From Spirochaetales bacterium (lineage in GTDB: Bacteria > Spirochaetota > Spirochaetia > Treponematales > UBA12059), in NCBI GenBank assembly GCA_036769135.1, contig DAIPLR010000001.1:13589-71698 (forward strand): DNA of 58,110 nucleotides, in the 5' to 3' direction. The position numbers and the translations under genes are program-made. Below the pieces are notes generated by a model. That model saw nothing but the letters and a program-made list of their open reading frames with translations. It was not told the origin of the DNA and ran no database searches. Below, in pieces: positions 55,907-58,110 of this stretch; the first letter of the stretch is position 1, and each line of letters opens with the position of its first letter.

Positions 55907-56506
55907 TCAGTAGGTCGTTTCGTCCATCGCCAGGAACGCGGCGCGCACCGATTCCAGGCGCGAAAGCTGTCGGCCTATGATGCGCTCGTAATTAAGGTCG
56001 CCGGTCTCGATGCGATAGGCTTGGTCTATCCAGAACTGCAGTTCGGGCAGCTGGGTCCAGCGTAGGCGCATAGCCTTGGCAGCCCAATCCTTGGCGGTAT
56101 TCCAGTAGGCCAAGGCGGCGCGGTAGGAAGCCTCGGCTATCTTAAGCGACTCCAGGTTGTCCTCCCGCCAGGGGGCGTTGTAGAAGTAGGCGACCTGCTT
56201 GTCGAACTTGGAGCCGAGCGCCAGATGCTGTTCGATTAGTTTAAGCTCTATCTGCATGTTGAGCAGGTAGCGATAGCGCTCCCAGTGCTTCTGGTCGGGG
56301 ATCTTGGCCATGGCGTAGAGCGGGTTGGCGAAGTCGGCCTCGCGCGCCCGCTCGAGCCAGTAGATGTTTTCGATGGCGTCGTCGGGATATTGGATGTAGT
56401 GCTGATGGTAGAGGCGGTAGTACTGCTCCTTGAAGTAGACCGGGAAAGCCGGCAGGGCGGAGATGGCCGCAAGGGCGAGGAGCAGGGCGATGCCGAAGCG
56501 CTTCAT
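55907..56506 (-). CDS. secreted hypothetical protein (Tyr/Trp-rich, helical)
   Basis: 199-aa ORF with a signal peptide ([20 protein letters not shown]). It has lower GC than its neighbours. No domains recognised. Confidence 0.7.
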   Translation of the reverse strand: MKRFGIALLLALAAISALPAFPVYFKEQYYRLYHQHYIQYPDDAIENIYWLERAREADFANPLYAMAKIPDQKHWERYRYLLNMQIELKLIEQHLALGSKFDKQVAYFYNAPWREDNLESLKIAEASYRAALAYWNTAKDWAAKAMRLRWTQLPELQFWIDQAYRIETGDLNYERIIGRQLSRLESVRAAFLAMDETTY

Positions 56507-56567
56507 GCCCTATGTATCGGCAAGCAAGGCGGCGTTGCTGAGCCGCCCTCGCCGGAGGCCGTCCCCT

Positions 56568-57215
56568 CTAGCGCCGGTATCGCGCTGCCACCGGCTCGAC
56601 GGCCGCCCAGACCTGCTCGGCCACCTTCTCTATGGGGGCGGAGGCGTCCACCCTGGCTATGCGCATCGGGCCGCCGTCGAAGCGGGCTACGATCTGGCGG
56701 TAGGCCGCGTCCACGCGGATTTGGAAGGCCTCATACTCGTAGATGTCGCGCTCCGCCCGCGCGCTAAGCCTGGCGACCGAGGCCGAGGCGGGTATGTCGA
56801 AGAAGATGAGCAGCTCGGGTAGGGGGAAGCGCGCGTTGAGCTCCTCGGGGAGCTCCGGGCCGCAGGTGAGGCCCTGGTAGGCCAGGGAGGAGAAAAAGTA
56901 GCGGTCGCTGACGACCGGGCGGCCGGCCGCCAAGGCTTCGCGCACGCCGCCTGAACCGTCGATATGCTCGCCGCGGTCGGCGGCGAAGAGCCTGGCGACG
57001 GTTTCATGGGCGAGGGGCGAGCGCTTGAACAAGGCGTCGCGGATAAGTCGTCCGATCGGCCCCGCCGTAGGCTCGGCATCGAGGCGGGGGGCTACGCCGT
57101 AAGCCGCCATGCGCTCGCCGAGCAGCTTGAGCTGAGTGCTCGTTCCAGAGCCGTCCACCCCTTCGAAGACGATGAACCCGTCTAATACATCCCGACGCCG
57201 CTGCATGGGCCGCAT
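56568..57215 (-). CDS. tmk: dTMP (thymidylate) kinase
   Basis: P-loop FIVFEGVDGSGTSTQ, DRY motif VVSDRYFFSSLAYQ, and a lid region. Confidence 0.92.
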   Translation of the reverse strand: MRPMQRRRDVLDGFIVFEGVDGSGTSTQLKLLGERMAAYGVAPRLDAEPTAGPIGRLIRDALFKRSPLAHETVARLFAADRGEHIDGSGGVREALAAGRPVVSDRYFFSSLAYQGLTCGPELPEELNARFPLPELLIFFDIPASASVARLSARAERDIYEYEAFQIRVDAAYRQIVARFDGGPMRIARVDASAPIEKVAEQVWAAVEPVAARYRR

Positions 57216-57271
57216 ACTAGCGCGGCCGGCTCGTATGGCGCAAGCCGGGGCGCTGTGCTACTGTTAAGGCC

Positions 57272-58110
57272 GTGAGCTCCCGACCCAGGCCCGCCGCCTT
57301 CGCCGCCGCCGCGGCCATAGCCCTCTCGATCGCCGCTTCGGCGTACGCGGCCTATCGGGTCGAATCCGCCTCTATCGAGGCGGCCAAGGGCTATATCGAG
57401 GCGCGGCTCCGGCCGTACGTCGAGGGCTTTGGCCTGAGCCTTCGCTACGGTTCGCTCTCCCCCTCGATACTGCGGGGAGCGGCCGTACGCGAAATCGAGC
57501 TCCTTTCAGGCGGGCGCTCCGTCCTGCGGCTCCGGGAACTCCGCGTACGCTACGAGCTCTTCGATATGCTCCGCGGACGGGAGCTCGAGTTCCGCGGGCG
57601 CGCCGAGGGCCTTGAGCTCTCTATCGACGCGGAGCTCGATATGGAGCTCTTAGGCCGCCTCCTACGCCCCTTCGAAGCGCCGCCCGAGGGCGACTCGGGC
57701 GCAGGCGAGCCTGGCGTCGCCTCGGCGCCGCTTCCGTCGATAGACTTGGAGCTGCGCGACGCCGTCGTGCGACTCCGCGGAGAGGGGCTGCCCGAGACCA
57801 GCCTGACCTTGCGGCGCCTCGACGCCTTGCTCAGGCCTGACGCGTCATTGGCCCTGAGCGCCTCGGGCTTCATGGCGGCGCGGGACGACGCGGCCCGTTT
57901 CATGGCGACGCGGCTGGAGCTGCCGTTCGCCTTGAGCGCCTCGGCCTCGGCGGGCTTTTCCCGGGCGGAGCTGTCGTTAGCGTTCTCAGGCGATAGCGAC
58001 CTCGGGCGCCTGTCGGAGCTTCGGTTCGCGGCGCGCTACGACGGCACTCGCGTCGTCGCCGAACTAGCCCGGCCGAGTTTCGGGCTGGAGCGGCTTTCGG
58101 CCAGCTACGA
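57272..58110 (+). CDS. membrane-anchored hypothetical protein, 5' part only (possibly AsmA/TamB-like); continues beyond the window
   Basis: Not in the track because it is open at the window end. Hand translation from GTG 57272 gives VSSRPRPAAFAAAAAIALSIAASAYAAYRVESASIEAAKGYIEARLRPYVEGFGLSLRYGSLSPSILRGAAVREIELL...ELRFAARYDGTRVVAELARPSFGLERLSASY with no stop. One TM helix is followed by beta-strand-like repeats. The functional call is weak. Confidence 0.55.
   Translation, partial: MSSRPRPAAFAAAAAIALSIAASAYAAYRVESASIEAAKGYIEARLRPYVEGFGLSLRYGSLSPSILRGAAVREIELLSGGRSVLRLRELRVRYELFDMLRGRELEFRGRAEGLELSIDAELDMELLGRLLRPFEAPPEGDSGAGEPGVASAPLPSIDLELRDAVVRLRGEGLPETSLTLRRLDALLRPDASLALSASGFMAARDDAARFMATRLELPFALSASASAGFSRAELSLAFSGDSDLGRLSELRFAARYDGTRVVAELARPSFGLERLSASY

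Overview
58.1-kb, visibly GC-rich (roughly two-thirds G+C by eye, not computed), gene-dense chromosomal segment. It holds about 55 protein-coding genes. I recognise no rRNA or tRNA genes, no CRISPR array and no transposase, integrase or phage genes. Content is mostly core housekeeping: class A PBP, gap-pgk-tpiA-secG, nusB, map, htrA, glgC, rlmN, rsmD-smpB, two tandem lepB, hemW, pdxY, murI-rsgA-mutS2, yebC-ruvC-ruvA-ruvB-queA, hpt and tmk. Many neighbours are joined by 1-, 4- or 8-nt start/stop overlaps, which suggests translational coupling. Three parts look accessory. The left end has tandem DUF115 (Maf-like) genes, an interrupted hypothetical gene and a hyper-acidic protein, and there is an unlinked NeuB-family synthase at 49.7 kb (possible nonulosonic-acid glycosylation). 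A three-gene secreted/lipoprotein cluster lies at 22.4-28.5 kb. A MrfA/MrfB-like helicase-exonuclease pair lies at 30.5-34.0 kb. The family mix (Maf-like DUF115, long-form GAPDH, PEGA-FGE protein) fits a high-GC spirochaete-like lineage, but I cannot verify this without a search. Four sequence-level observations stand out. (i) A strand-specific three-way-junction RNA fold plus intrinsic terminator sits in the leader of the PBP gene. (ii) An A10 tract with an A-AAA-AAG heptamer separates an ATG from an ORF that has no start codon of its own. (iii) Two conserved enzymes (HemW and an isochorismatase-family hydrolase) have conserved N-termini upstream of any ATG/GTG/TTG. (iv) A PBP1A operon also encodes a minimal ParB/Srx-domain protein and an LpoB-like secreted protein. 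I did not find a convincing self-contained novel multi-gene system such as a defence island. All functional proposals are hypotheses from reading the translations, and no database search was run.
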